NCBI GenBank assembly: GCA_963821525.1
Contig: CAWGED010000012.1
Location: 1-64,000, forward strand
DNA: 64,000 nucleotides
Origin: an uncultured Gemmatimonadales bacterium
Lineage (GTDB): Bacteria; Gemmatimonadota; Gemmatimonadetes; Gemmatimonadales; GWC2-71-9
Direction: 5' to 3'
Part shown: one piece after another, positions 43,369 to 53,723 of the stretch
Layout: each line of letters starts with the position of its first letter
Numbering within the stretch: position 1 is the stretch's first letter
Program-made: the position numbers and the translations under genes
The notes under the pieces: generated by a model
Databases searched by the model: none
Told to the model about the DNA's origin: nothing
Seen by the model: the letters and a program-made list of their open reading frames with translations, nothing else

Positions 43369-44715
43369 CCGACGCATCCACTGATCTTTCACCACCCGGC
43401 CTGGCGCCGAGACGCGCTGCGCTCCGAATCCTGGAGCGGGCAGGACGTGGTCTGCCGCTGGATGCGGCGCTGGAGTTGAGCATGAAGGGGCTGGAAGGGG
43501 CCGATCGCCGGCTGGCCCACGAGCTCGCGGCTGGAGTCCTGCGGCGTCAGACCGAGCTCGATTCCCGGCTGGAACGGCACGTCCCCCGGGGACTCGGATC
43601 GGTTCCGCCCTTGATTCGCGGCGTTCTCCGCCTCGGCGTGTACCAGCTGGATCAGCTGGACCGGGTGCCACCTCACGCCGCCGTCAGCACATCAGTGGAC
43701 CTGGCGCGCGAAGTGGCTGGAGCGAAGGCCGCGGGGTTCGTGAATGCGGTGCTGCGGAGAGCGGGAGAGGCGGGAAACCCTGGGCCTACCGGGAAAACCC
43801 GTCGCCCGTCCGACCCGTCCGCCTCGTCCGTCCTGAACGACCTGTCCACCCGTTTCTCTCATCCAGAATGGCTAGTCGGCCGATGGATCGAGCGATTCGG
43901 CGCGGAAGACACCGAGGCGCTCCTCGCATGGAACAACCAGCGCCCCGTTCTTGTCGTGCAGCCCGGCCGAGAGAGCGAAGCTCAGATCGGTAACCGGTTC
44001 GAGGAGAATCGAATCGAATTCAAGTCTGCGCCCTTCGGTGCCGGGTTGATTGTGGCGGGACGTTCTCCCGCCAATCTGCCGGGATACGCCGAAGGCGCCT
44101 TCATCGTTCAGGATCCGGCCCAGGCTCTGGTAGTACGGTTCGCGGACTTCCCCGCCGACGCCACGGTGTACGACGCCTGTGCCGCCCCGGGCGGCAAGAC
44201 GATCGCCTTGGGCCGTAGCGTCCGTTCGGTGATCGCGGGCGAAGCCCGGCCATCGCGGCTGCCCGCGACTGGCCGAGAATCTCGCTCGTGCCGGATCAGG
44301 GCCTGCATTCATCGTGGCGGCGGACGCGAGTCGCCCTCCGCTCAAGCGATGCGCCGCGGTTCTGCTGGACGCTCCCTGCCTGGGCACCGGTACTTTCGCG
44401 CGGCATCCGGACGCGCGGTGGAAGGTGAATCCTGAAGCACTCGATCGCCTGAGGCGCCGCCAGGCAGATCTGCTTACCGCGTGTGCCGCGCTGATACCGC
44501 CGGGCGGTTTGCTGGTCTACTCTACCTGCTCCCTCGAGCCGGAGGAGAACGCCGAGCAGATCGATCGCTTCCTGGCGCGCTCGCCGGAATTCCGTCGTGA
44601 GCCGCCGGCCGGCATGACTTCCGATCTGCTCTCCGACAAGGGAGACCTCGAGTTGTTCCCTCAGCGGCACGGCATGGACGGGGCCTTTGCAGCCCGCCTC
44701 AGGAGAATCGCCTAA
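43365..44715 (+). CDS. rsmB: 16S rRNA m5C967 methyltransferase (frameshift near 44260)
   Basis: NusB-like N-terminus, SHPEW, DACAAPGGK, DAPCLGTG, YSTCS. Confidence 0.92.
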
Positions 44716-45491
44716 TGCGCTTCCGGCGCCATGAGGGCCAGCCGTTACTCCAGCCGCTGTTTGAGACGATCGCCGGACGCAGACTGGTCCTCCAGGTTGC
44801 CGTCGTCCTTGGCGCGTTCCTTTTCGGTTACCTTCTCACCGTGATCTGGTTGTTCCCGTCCAAGCTGTTCTCGACCGATCACGCGGTGCCGCGGCTCCTC
44901 GACTTGGGCGTCACCGAGGCGAAGTCCCGGCTCACCAAGGCAGGGTTCCGGATGAAGCTGGACCCGGAGATGGCCCATCCCAAGGCGCCCAAGGGAACGG
45001 TGGTCTGGCAGGACCCGCCGCCCGGTGTCGTGTTGCCGCCCAACTCGCCGATCACCCTGGCGTTGAGCAATGGTCCCGCGCCGGTGGCGGTGCCCGATGT
45101 GGTCGGATTCGACGCGAACCTGGCCGTCAGGGTTCTCCAGGCCTCCGGGCTCACGATCGGCGTCACCGACTCGCTGCCCTCGGCGGCAGATCCCGGCGTC
45201 GTGGTCGCGACCCGTCCGGGTGCGGGAGTCGGTCGCGATCCGGGAACCTCGGTTGACGTCGTGGTGAGCCGCGGTCCCGCCGAAATCAGCGTGCCGGGCG
45301 TGATCGGAATGACGACGCAGCAGGCGCGGGAGCGGCTGGAGCTGGCGGGCCTGGCGGTCGGCTCAACATCGTCACGCACTGTCCTGGGAAAGCCGGACGG
45401 CATCGTGGTGGAACAGCAGCCCGCACCGGGTACCTTGAGCTCGCGAGGTGGTAAGGTGGATCTGATCCTCTCACGGAAGGCGTCTCCATGA
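44715..45491 (+). CDS. Membrane-anchored triple PASTA-domain protein
   Basis: One TM segment, then VPRLL/VPDVVG/VPGVIG repeats. Confidence 0.88.
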   Translation: MRFRRHEGQPLLQPLFETIAGRRLVLQVAVVLGAFLFGYLLTVIWLFPSKLFSTDHAVPRLLDLGVTEAKSRLTKAGFRMKLDPEMAHPKAPKGTVVWQDPPPGVVLPPNSPITLALSNGPAPVAVPDVVGFDANLAVRVLQASGLTIGVTDSLPSAADPGVVVATRPGAGVGRDPGTSVDVVVSRGPAEISVPGVIGMTTQQARERLELAGLAVGSTSSRTVLGKPDGIVVEQQPAPGTLSSRGGKVDLILSRKASP

Positions 45492-46153
45492 CGGTGCGGA
45501 TCGCCCCCAGCCTGCTCAGCGCCGACCTCGGCCGGTTGAAGGAAGAGGTCGAGGCCGCATTGGCCGGCGGAGCCGAGTGGCTCCACATCGACGTGATGGA
45601 CGGCCGGTTTGTGCCCAACCTGACCTTCGGCGCACCGATGCTTCGCGCCTTGCGGCAATTCACCGACGCGCCGCTCGACGTGCACCTCATGGTCCAGGAA
45701 CCTGAGCGCTACATCATGGAGTACGCCGATCTGGGCGCCACGGTCTTCACCTTCCATCCCGAGGCGACCGTGCACGTCCAGCGACATCTTGCCCATGTCC
45801 GGGAACGCGGCATGATGGCCGGTCTGGCATTGGTGCCTTCGACACCGCTCGAGGTCGCCGCCGAGGTAGTTGACGATCTCGACCTGCTGCTCATCATGAG
45901 TGTAAATCCCGGATTCGGAGGGCAGTCCTACATCCCGGCGGCGACCGGAAAGATCGAGCGGGCCCGCGCCCTGCTCGACAGCGAAGGTTCCCGTGCCGCG
46001 CTGGAAGTGGATGGTGGGATCACGGTCGAGACCATCGAGACCGTATGGCGCGCCGGAGCCGATACTTTTGTGGCGGGAACCGCGATCTTCGGAACGGGAG
46101 ATCCGGGAGGGGCGGTCCGGGCGTTAAAGAGACGTTGTCTCCAGCAGGTTTAG
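45488..46153 (+). CDS. rpe: Ribulose-phosphate 3-epimerase
   Basis: IAPSLLSAD, HIDVMDG, MSVNPGFGGQ, VDGGI. Confidence 0.96.
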   Translation: MTVRIAPSLLSADLGRLKEEVEAALAGGAEWLHIDVMDGRFVPNLTFGAPMLRALRQFTDAPLDVHLMVQEPERYIMEYADLGATVFTFHPEATVHVQRHLAHVRERGMMAGLALVPSTPLEVAAEVVDDLDLLLIMSVNPGFGGQSYIPAATGKIERARALLDSEGSRAALEVDGGITVETIETVWRAGADTFVAGTAIFGTGDPGGAVRALKRRCLQQV

Positions 46154-46158
46154 GAATC

Positions 46159-46701
46159 GTGAATAGACAATGGTTTTGGGTGGGATCGATCGTTGCAGGG
46201 CTGGGCCTGGCGGTCGGGGCCGTGCTCTGGTTTGGTCCCGATGTCAAAGCGGTCCAGATCGGTGCGGCAGCGCCCGACTTCAAGGTGTACGACCTCCGAA
46301 CCCAGGATAGCGTCAGCTTCCGCCGGCACTACAAGGGGACCGTGACCCTGGTGAACGTCTGGGCCACCTACTGCATCCCCTGCAAGGTCGAGATGCCGGC
46401 GATGCAGGCCCTGTACGACTCGCTGAGCGGGAAGGGCTTCAAGATCGCGGCGGTGAGCGTGGACGTGGTCGGCCCGCAGGAAGTCCGCCAGTTCGCCGAC
46501 GATCTGCACCTCACCTTCGACATCCTGCAGGATCGGGACGGCCAGATCCAGCAGGATTACCAGACCACCGGTGTTCCCGAGAGCTTCCTGGTGAACAAGA
46601 AAGGCGTGATCGTGAAACGCCTCATCGGGGCACAGGACTGGAACTCCCCGGTGAATCGAGCGCTGGTCGCCAGGCTCCTCGCGGAATCTCCGGACTCGTG
46701 A
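46159..46701 (+). CDS. TlpA/ResA-like thiol-disulfide oxidoreductase
   Basis: TM anchor; NVWATYCIPCKVEMP; GVPES. Confidence 0.9.
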   Translation: MNRQWFWVGSIVAGLGLAVGAVLWFGPDVKAVQIGAAAPDFKVYDLRTQDSVSFRRHYKGTVTLVNVWATYCIPCKVEMPAMQALYDSLSGKGFKIAAVSVDVVGPQEVRQFADDLHLTFDILQDRDGQIQQDYQTTGVPESFLVNKKGVIVKRLIGAQDWNSPVNRALVARLLAESPDS

Positions 46702-47373
46702 AGCTCGGCACGCTGGCGAGGAATTGGCCGCTCAAGATCACCTCTCTCCTGCTGGCGGTCATGCTCTGGGTGGTCGCCACCGCGGAGCAGCCGGCCAGCA
46801 GGGTTCTTCCGGTAACGCTGGTTCCCCAGGGACCCGCAGGCCGTTCGTTCACCGGAGATCCCCCGGCAATAACCGCCCTCGTGGTGGGTCCCCGGCGTGA
46901 GCTGCTCAAGCTCACCGGCGCCCACCTCACTCTGACCCGCATCCTTCCCGACACGATCACCGGGCGCGCAGTCACCCTGGATCTGCTGCCTTCGGATGTC
47001 GAGGTGCCGCGAGGCGGTGAAGTCAAAGTGCAGGATATCCAGCCCCGCCAGGTCACCCTTCAGCTCGATCCCGTGGTGTTTCGCTCCGTCCCGGTTCATC
47101 CTGACCTGAGGTTGGAGCTGGACTCGGGAACCAGGCTGATGCGAGCGGTCCAGGTATTTCCGGGAGTGGTACGCCTCACCGGCCCTGCCGACCTGGTGGC
47201 CAGAATGGACTCCGTGAAGACCCTCCCGCTTCGCGTCGAAAAAGTCGAGGGAGTCTTCGAACGCTCGGTGGCGGTTGATACGGAAGGATTCGGCACCGTG
47301 AAGGTTTTCCCGCGCCGAGGTCATGATCAGCTTCGAAGTCCTGCCCGATACCGGCAGGCGAGAGGGTCAGTGA
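46698..47373 (+). CDS. CdaR/YbbR-like membrane protein (indel near 47318 fuses it to tsaD in the ORF track)
   Basis: RNWPLKITSLLLAVMLW; P..V.L.GP repeats; TGATG junction at 47371-47375. Confidence 0.7.
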
Positions 47374-48437
47374 TGGCCCAGAACATTCTCGCCTTCGAGA
47401 CGTCCTGTGACGAAACCTCGGCGGCGGTGCTTTCGGTCGAGGGAGACAAGCGGCGCCTCGCCAGCCTCGTCATCCTCTCGCAGGACATCCACCGGATATT
47501 CGGCGGAGTAGTCCCGGAGCTGGCCAGCCGGGCTCACCTCCAGACCATCGGTGACGTCGCCGAGCGGGCGCTGGCTGAAGCCGGGATCACTCAGAATGGC
47601 GTAAACGCCGTTGCGGTGACCGCGGGCCCGGGATTGGTGGGAGCGTTGCTGGTGGGCGTCATGTTCGGAAAGACGATGGCCCTGTCTCTCGACGTCCCGC
47701 TGATCGGCGTTCACCATCTCGAGGGCCATCTCTTCGCGCCGACGCTGGAACAACCCGAATTCGCGCCGCCATTCGTGGCGCTGCTGGTGAGCGGGGGCCA
47801 CACTCTGCTGCTGGAGGTACCGGCGTGGGGAGACTACCGGCTGCTGGGGGGCACGCGAGACGATGCGGCCGGTGAAGCGTTCGACAAGGTGGCCACACTC
47901 CTCGGCCTTGGTTACCCGGGAGGGGCCGCGATCGAGCGGCTCGCGCAATCGGGCAAGGCAGGCCGCTATAACTTTCCGCGGCCTCTCCTGAAGGAACTGG
48001 ACCGCGAGGGGCCGGATCGCTACGCGTTCTCGTTCAGCGGGCTCAAGACCGCCGTGCTTCGCGCGGTGCGGGCCAGCAGGGATCTCGAGGCCGAGCGCGC
48101 GGACATGGCGCGAGGATTTCAGGACGCGATGGTCGAAGTGCTGGCCGCGAAGACGGCCGATGCCGCGGTCAACCTGGGTTACTCTCGGGTGATGCTGGGT
48201 GGCGGTGTCGCCTGCAACCAGGTTCTGGTCGAGCGGGTCCGCTCCATGCTTTCGGGAGACGCCACGGTGGCTGTCGCCTCGAACCGGCTCAACACCGACA
48301 ACGCCGCCATGATCGCCGCGGCGGGCGCCTGGCACCTGAGCCGCGGAGAATCGAGCGGCTGGGACCTCGAGCCCAGAGCCGATCTGCCATTCCCCGGTCT
48401 CACCATTCCCGCTGGCCTCACAGGCGCACCCCGATGA
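47373..48437 (+). CDS. tsaD: tRNA t6A threonylcarbamoyltransferase
   Basis: ETSCDET, HHLEGH, VSGGHT, DDAAGEAFDK, DNAAMI. Confidence 0.96.
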   Translation: MAQNILAFETSCDETSAAVLSVEGDKRRLASLVILSQDIHRIFGGVVPELASRAHLQTIGDVAERALAEAGITQNGVNAVAVTAGPGLVGALLVGVMFGKTMALSLDVPLIGVHHLEGHLFAPTLEQPEFAPPFVALLVSGGHTLLLEVPAWGDYRLLGGTRDDAAGEAFDKVATLLGLGYPGGAAIERLAQSGKAGRYNFPRPLLKELDREGPDRYAFSFSGLKTAVLRAVRASRDLEAERADMARGFQDAMVEVLAAKTADAAVNLGYSRVMLGGGVACNQVLVERVRSMLSGDATVAVASNRLNTDNAAMIAAAGAWHLSRGESSGWDLEPRADLPFPGLTIPAGLTGAPR

Positions 48438-49279
48438 ACGTTTATCCCCTCGTCTGGCGCTTCCCGGTGCCGCTCCTCGGCCACATCGAGATCACCGGCT
48501 ACGGGATCATGATGATGGTCGGCTTCCTCATGGGCGGCTGGCTGATCGCGTTGGAGCTGCGGCGCCGCGGGCTCCACGAGGAGTACGCGGCGGACATCAC
48601 CGTCGCGGCGGTGATCGGCGGCATCATCGGCGCCAAGCTCTGGTACTGGGCGATGAACGGCGGAAGCCTCTTCTCGCGCGGTGGCCTGGTGTGGTACGGA
48701 GGGTTTCTGGGCGGAGCGGCGGCGGTGATTCTCAACGGGTGGCGCAAGCGAGTTCCGCTCCGGTGGACCTTCCAGATCGCCGCCCCGTCTCTCGCCGCGG
48801 CCTATGCGCTGGGACGGATCGGCTGCTTCATCGTGAACGACGACTACGGCCGCCCGACCAATCTCCCGTGGGGAGTCAAGTTCCCCCAGGGACTGCCGCC
48901 GTCAACGGCGGAGAACATGACCTCGCTCTTCGGCATCCCGATGCCGCCGGGCACCGATCCCCAGACCGTGCTCGCGGTGCATCCGACGCAGTTGTACGAG
49001 GTCGTCATCATGCTGGCCGTCTTCGCCCTCTTGTGGCGGTGGCGGCTCAAGGACAAACCGGTGGGCTGGCTGTTCGGGGTCTATCTGCTGTTTGCGGGAA
49101 TCGAACGCTTCCTGATAGAAATCCTGCGGGCCAAGGACGATCGCCTCGGTCCGCTGACCGTGGCGCAGGTGGTGAGCATGGTGCTGATCGTGATCGCGGC
49201 CTCGCTCATCGCGAAGTACAGCCACAGTCCCTCGCCTGACCCGGGCCCTTACCTCTCCCAGACCAGGGCACGCGACTGA
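48434..49279 (+). CDS. lgt: Prolipoprotein diacylglyceryl transferase
   Basis: GGLVWYGG, GRIGCF, HPTQLYE, RFLIEILR. Confidence 0.93.
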   Translation: MNVYPLVWRFPVPLLGHIEITGYGIMMMVGFLMGGWLIALELRRRGLHEEYAADITVAAVIGGIIGAKLWYWAMNGGSLFSRGGLVWYGGFLGGAAAVILNGWRKRVPLRWTFQIAAPSLAAAYALGRIGCFIVNDDYGRPTNLPWGVKFPQGLPPSTAENMTSLFGIPMPPGTDPQTVLAVHPTQLYEVVIMLAVFALLWRWRLKDKPVGWLFGVYLLFAGIERFLIEILRAKDDRLGPLTVAQVVSMVLIVIAASLIAKYSHSPSPDPGPYLSQTRARD

Positions 49280-49965
49280 AGTCGCGGCTCGGCAAGGCGT
49301 CGCTTCGCGACGACACGTAATTTTAGTCGCGGCCTTCGCGACGCACGCAACCGGGGACTCGTTGCATTTCTCTGGTCAGGGTCGCGGGAATCTGATCAGC
49401 GAATAGCGCAACTTGGCGTTATTCTCGCCCGTGTTTCCCCAACTCTACGTCCACATAGTCTGGACCACCCGCGACCGCGCCCCGCTCATCGACGCCGCCT
49501 TGGCCCGGTTCCTCAGTCGGATCCTACGCCCCCTGGCCCGCAAGGAGCGGTGCTACATCCTCGAAATTGGGATGGTCCAGACCCACGTGCACCTGCTAAT
49601 CCGGGTGCATCCCACAACGAGTATTGCCCAGCTGCTCAAGCGGCTGAAAGGAGCCAGCTCGGCGCTGGCCACGCAGGAAGGTTATGGGGCGGCGGGTCGT
49701 CTCTACTGGGCAAAGGGGTACAGCGTTCACAGCGTGAGCACCCGTATTCTGGAACGAGTGCGACACTACCTGAGAGGGCAGCCGCAGCACCATCCGGCGG
49801 AGGCAATTGCCGGCTGGGGTGGCGACGAGGCGGCGGAGTACGACGTGGCAAGCGAGGCCGCACGGGCGAGGGAGGCTAACATCGACCCGCCGCCGCATCT
49901 TTGAAGGAGATTCACATCGCACCCGTGGCAGAGCCACGGTCTGCCGAGCCGCGACTTCAGTCGCG
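49271..49965. mobile_element. RAYT-like element bounded by perfect 24-bp inverted hairpin repeats
   Basis: CGCGACTGAAGTCGCGGCTCGGCA (49271-49294) and its exact reverse complement (49942-49965); extra hairpins at 49298-49312 and 49923-49939. Confidence 0.85.
49431..49904 (+). CDS. tnpA: IS200/IS605-family Y1 transposase, RAYT-like, no tnpB
   Basis: HIVWTT, THVHLL, WAKGYSVHSVS, YLRGQPQHH. Confidence 0.9.
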   Translation: MFPQLYVHIVWTTRDRAPLIDAALARFLSRILRPLARKERCYILEIGMVQTHVHLLIRVHPTTSIAQLLKRLKGASSALATQEGYGAAGRLYWAKGYSVHSVSTRILERVRHYLRGQPQHHPAEAIAGWGGDEAAEYDVASEAARAREANIDPPPHL

Positions 49966-50002
49966 ACGACGTAGCCGCGACGCCTACCGCCGTGAACTCC
50001 GG

Positions 50003-52100
50003 CTAGCCAGCAGCTGCTTCAGCCGCTCGACCTCTGCCCGCAACGCGGCCAGATCCGCACCCATGCGCTCGAGCGAGCGCTGCATGTCGAGATCCACTCG
50101 AGATGGCTCGACCGGCACCGGCGACCCCGACGGAGCGCGGTGCCTCCGGCACCATGACGTTCGTGGCCTTCAACCGGCGCGGCTCGATCATGAAGGTCCA
50201 GACCAGTCCGCCGGCGAGCAGCAGGAGCAGCACGCCCTGAAGCGCCAGTGATTCAACCGTGGGATAGATGCCCAAAGCCGGCACTCGCGGTGCCCACTGG
50301 ACGATCGTGGTCCCCACCAGCCCGCCCTCCTGCAGCTCCGCGATGCCCTTCCCTGCAAAGACGAACGCCATGTAGTAGAGGAACGCGCTGGTAAAGGCGA
50401 AGAACGGCTTGAGCGGAATCTTCACGCCATACTTGTTGATCCCGACATAAACCGCCACCAGGATCGACCGAGGCGACCAGGATGCCAAGCACGATGGGAA
50501 TAGGAGAGCTGCCGCCGGTCAGGAAGAGCGCCTTGTAGAACAACACCGTCTCGAAGCCTTCGCGATAGACGGCGAGGAACGCCACCGACGCGAGGGCGAG
50601 GGCGGATCCACTGGTCACCGCGTCCTGCACCCGGCCCCGCACGAAACGATTCCACTTGGCCACTTCCATCTTCGACAAGAGCCAGTAGCTCACGTAGAAC
50701 AGCATCGCCGTCGCGACCATCATGGTCAGGCCTTCCAGCGCCTCGCGGCGAGCGGGGGAGATCTGGAAGATCGTCTCCAACGCCACGGCGGTGAGCAGGC
50801 TGGCCAGGACCGCGGCGCCAATGCCGACGTGAATGTCGCGCTTGCGCTGGACGTTGCCGGTCTTGATCAGGAAGGCCATCACCGCGCCGATCACCAGGAT
50901 CGCCTCGAGTCCTTCTCGGACCAGGATCACCAGCGACTGGAGGAACAGGTTGAAGGGAGACAGCTCGTCTCCGATGACCCGCTCGGCGTTCTCCAGGTCC
51001 GCCATCAGGTGGGCCTGAATACCCTTCAGCTCCTGCGCCGTGGCTCCGCCCGCGGCACGAGTGCGATACGCGGCGAAACCCGCCTCGAGCTGATCGGCCA
51101 GTGCGGCGTTCTTGACCCGCACAGAGTTCTCCACCTGCTCAAACGTCATGTAGGCGTCGAAGGCGGTGCCGCTTGCCGCAGCGACTTGTCCCTGCCCCGC
51201 CAGCATGTGCGCGGAATCGAGCTGGCTGCGAACCCGGGCGAACACCATTGCTGTGGCATCCGCCGAAGCGATGTTGCCCTGGAAGCCGCGTACCGCTGCG
51301 ATCCGGGAGCGTGTAGCAGGTGAAAGTGGATCGGCATTTGGATCCAGTGCAGCGGCGATCTCGCTATCGGTCATCCGGCCGGTCGAGGCGAACTCGCGTA
51401 AGGCGATTGGCACTTCGCCTCGCGGAGCAGGCAACCGGAGCAGGGTCGCGTACACCGCCGTCGCCCAGCGGTCCTCGGGGGTAAGCCGGGTCTCGAAGGC
51501 AGGCATCGCGGTTCCCGCGACCCCGATGGTCACTCGACGATAGAAATCGAGGGGCGAACGGTCGTTGAGCGTGTGGCTGTCGGTGAGGTCGGGCGCGGGC
51601 GGATCGAGTGACACGCCGGCCGGTCCATCTCCGCGTCCAGTCACCCCGTGGCAGCTGGCGCAATTGGTCTGATAGAGCTCGGCGCCGCGGGCGAGAGTCG
51701 GAACCTGGGCGGGAATTTCGTCGAGCGAAACGCCGAGTCTCTGGCTGAGCGTCGCCGTGAGTTCGCGTACCCGGATGTCGATCGAATCAGGGCTCGCGCT
51801 CTGCCGGACCATGCCGAGGATCCGATCCAGTTCGTCACCGGTGGACTTGCTCACTTCGAGCGGCAACCCGGCCGCGGTGCGCCGGGCCTCGGTGAGGAAG
51901 AGCTCGGCCTCCTCGACCTCGGCTCGCGCGATGACCTTTCCGTCCTTCACGCCTTCGCGGTATTCCTGGGCAGCCAGTGCGGCAGTGGCGGCGATGCGGC
52001 GAACGACCGGAGTACGGTCCTCACCCTGAATCGGATCAGGTGCGGGCGAGACGAGAAGCGAGATCGCGAGCGATCCCGCGGCAATGAGAAGCATTCTCAA
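50003..52100 (-). CDS. Cytochrome c/FTR1 iron permease (PbrT-like; frameshift near 50470)
   Basis: CASCH heme motif; REGLE and REGFE motifs; FAGKGIAELQE. Confidence 0.92.
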
Positions 52101-52180
52101 CCAGTTCTTAGTGTCGCGAGGAAATTAGAGCGAACTAGTCGGGATTGGAAGGGAGGGGAGACGGGGGACGGCAATGCGAA

Positions 52181-53057
52181 TCAAGGCGCCCCGCAAGCTT
52201 CTGCCGCCCTGTTGAAGTTTGGCGTCTCCTCGTATACGCGCGGATGGGCCCTGAACTCGGCGATGTACTTGGGTGCGACGCAGTCTGCATAGGCCTTCAC
52301 CTTGGCCTCCGTGGTGCGGCCGGCTGCCAGAGCGGGCTGCTGATTGTGGGCGATCTTCTCGTGGACGTACCGGCTGAGCCGAGCATCCTCAAGACAGTCG
52401 GTGCAGACAAAATCCGGCGCCATCAGGACGTTGCTGTATCCACCCCAGCCAGTCCCTTCCTCGCGGTTGCTTTCCTTGTACTCTCCGGCGTGCGCGACTC
52501 GGAACTGAAACACCAGACGCGCGAAGCACTCACAGTCGAAAATCTGGTGAAGCAGGATATTGGTCTCGCAATACCCTTTCGAGCTCGGTAGTTCATCCTT
52601 TGCCTTTTGCAGCCAGGGATCCTTGAGATTGCCGGGATTGAGGCTGGCGGTGACCGCCGGCGCGGCCGCTTGTGCCGGAGCAGGCTCCGCCGGGGCCGGC
52701 GGCGTGTACGCGAAGGTCACCGGCGTAATCTCGCCGTTCTGTGCCTGCTTGATCACCGCAGCCCGCTTGCCGTCCCTCGTTGCGGCCGTAAGGTCTACGG
52801 CAGCATTGGCCGTCATGGGCGGAATATCCGTACTGCTTCTTGACGAAGGCGTTGAACTCGGCCTCGACCTTCGCGGTACTCGGCTCGCTGGTCTCGAACG
52901 GCGCGCTGATATAGACGAGCTGCTTGGTCGGTGGTGTCCAGCAGAAGGCGTATCGTGGCTGGGCTGGCCCCGATTGCTGGGCCAAGGCAGGGTGTCCGAC
53001 CAGGGTACTGACCGTAATCACGCCGACGACGGAGACGAGGGGAACGCCATGTGACAC
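52181..53057 (-). CDS. Secreted Cys-rich hypothetical protein (frameshift near 52815)
   Basis: SD AAGGAGGAG before GTG 53057; signal peptide ...GHPALAQ; Pro/Ala linker; ORFs 52593..53057 plus 52181..52816. Confidence 0.65.
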
Positions 53058-53200
53058 AAGCTCCTCCTTAGTGCGGAGGTCAATGGGACGGATCTAAAAG
53101 GTATTTCTGGCGAGGAGCGGGTCAACGGCGCCCGCGCGTGGAGCGGCCCGCGTCGGATCGATCGGAGTTTGTTGGGCGTCCACACGTCACGTAGGCAGCG

Positions 53201-53304
53201 GCCTAACGCCCGCGCTTCACCTGCGGGCGAGGAGTATACGAGTCCACAAGGGCACAGCTTCATTTAAGGATTTGGCGCCCGTCAGGTGCAAGCGCTGGTT
53301 AGGC
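53201..53304 (-). mobile_element. Integron attC recombination site
   Basis: Minus strand GCCTAAC ca GCGCTT[G]CACCTG[A]CGGGCG ... CGCCCG CAGGTG AAGCGC gggc GTTAGGC: RYYYAAC/GTTRRRY cores, paired L boxes, two unpaired bases, 104 bp. Confidence 0.88.
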
Positions 53305-53607
53305 GGTGCCAGCGTCGGGGACCGCAATGTTTTCGAACTGGAGTAGGGTACCTGGTGGAAGCGCCAAATGAAGTTCACTAAGTGAGGGGCGCTCCCGAAA
53401 GACGAGTCCCAACGCGCTGGCCCCCCCATCCGGCGCATGCATCGGTACGACCGCCGCGAGGGTGAGGACACGCGGTCGCCCGGCGTCCAGCACCAGCGGT
53501 GTCGTCTGTTGTCCGATGCGGACGGTGCCCTGACGCAGGTACCCGATGGCAACTGCCCCTTGGCCCTTCACATTGACCACATTGCGTACCTCGACCCCTG
53601 CTTTCAT
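53299..53607 (-). CDS. Gene-cassette ORF, 102 aa, EF-Tu domain II-like beta-barrel?
   Basis: SD GAGGGAGG; TAA stop lies inside the attC GCCTAAC core; GTTAGAC core upstream at 53678-53684. Confidence 0.72.
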   Translation of the reverse strand: MKAGVEVRNVVNVKGQGAVAIGYLRQGTVRIGQQTTPLVLDAGRPRVLTLAAVVPMHAPDGGASALGLVFRERPSLSELHLALPPGTLLQFENIAVPDAGTA

Positions 53608-53723
53608 TGCCCTCCCTCGACTGAACGCAGGGTCCTGCGATCGGGAGCTATGGGGCTGCTCGAAGGTCGTGGCATCCGTCTAACGGATTCTTGGCCTGTA
53701 TCATCTGAGTCGATCACCCGCCC

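Noticed and set aside
46698..48437. Apparent CdaR-TsaD fusion
   Set aside because: An indel near 47318; a normal TGATG junction is present at 47371-47375.
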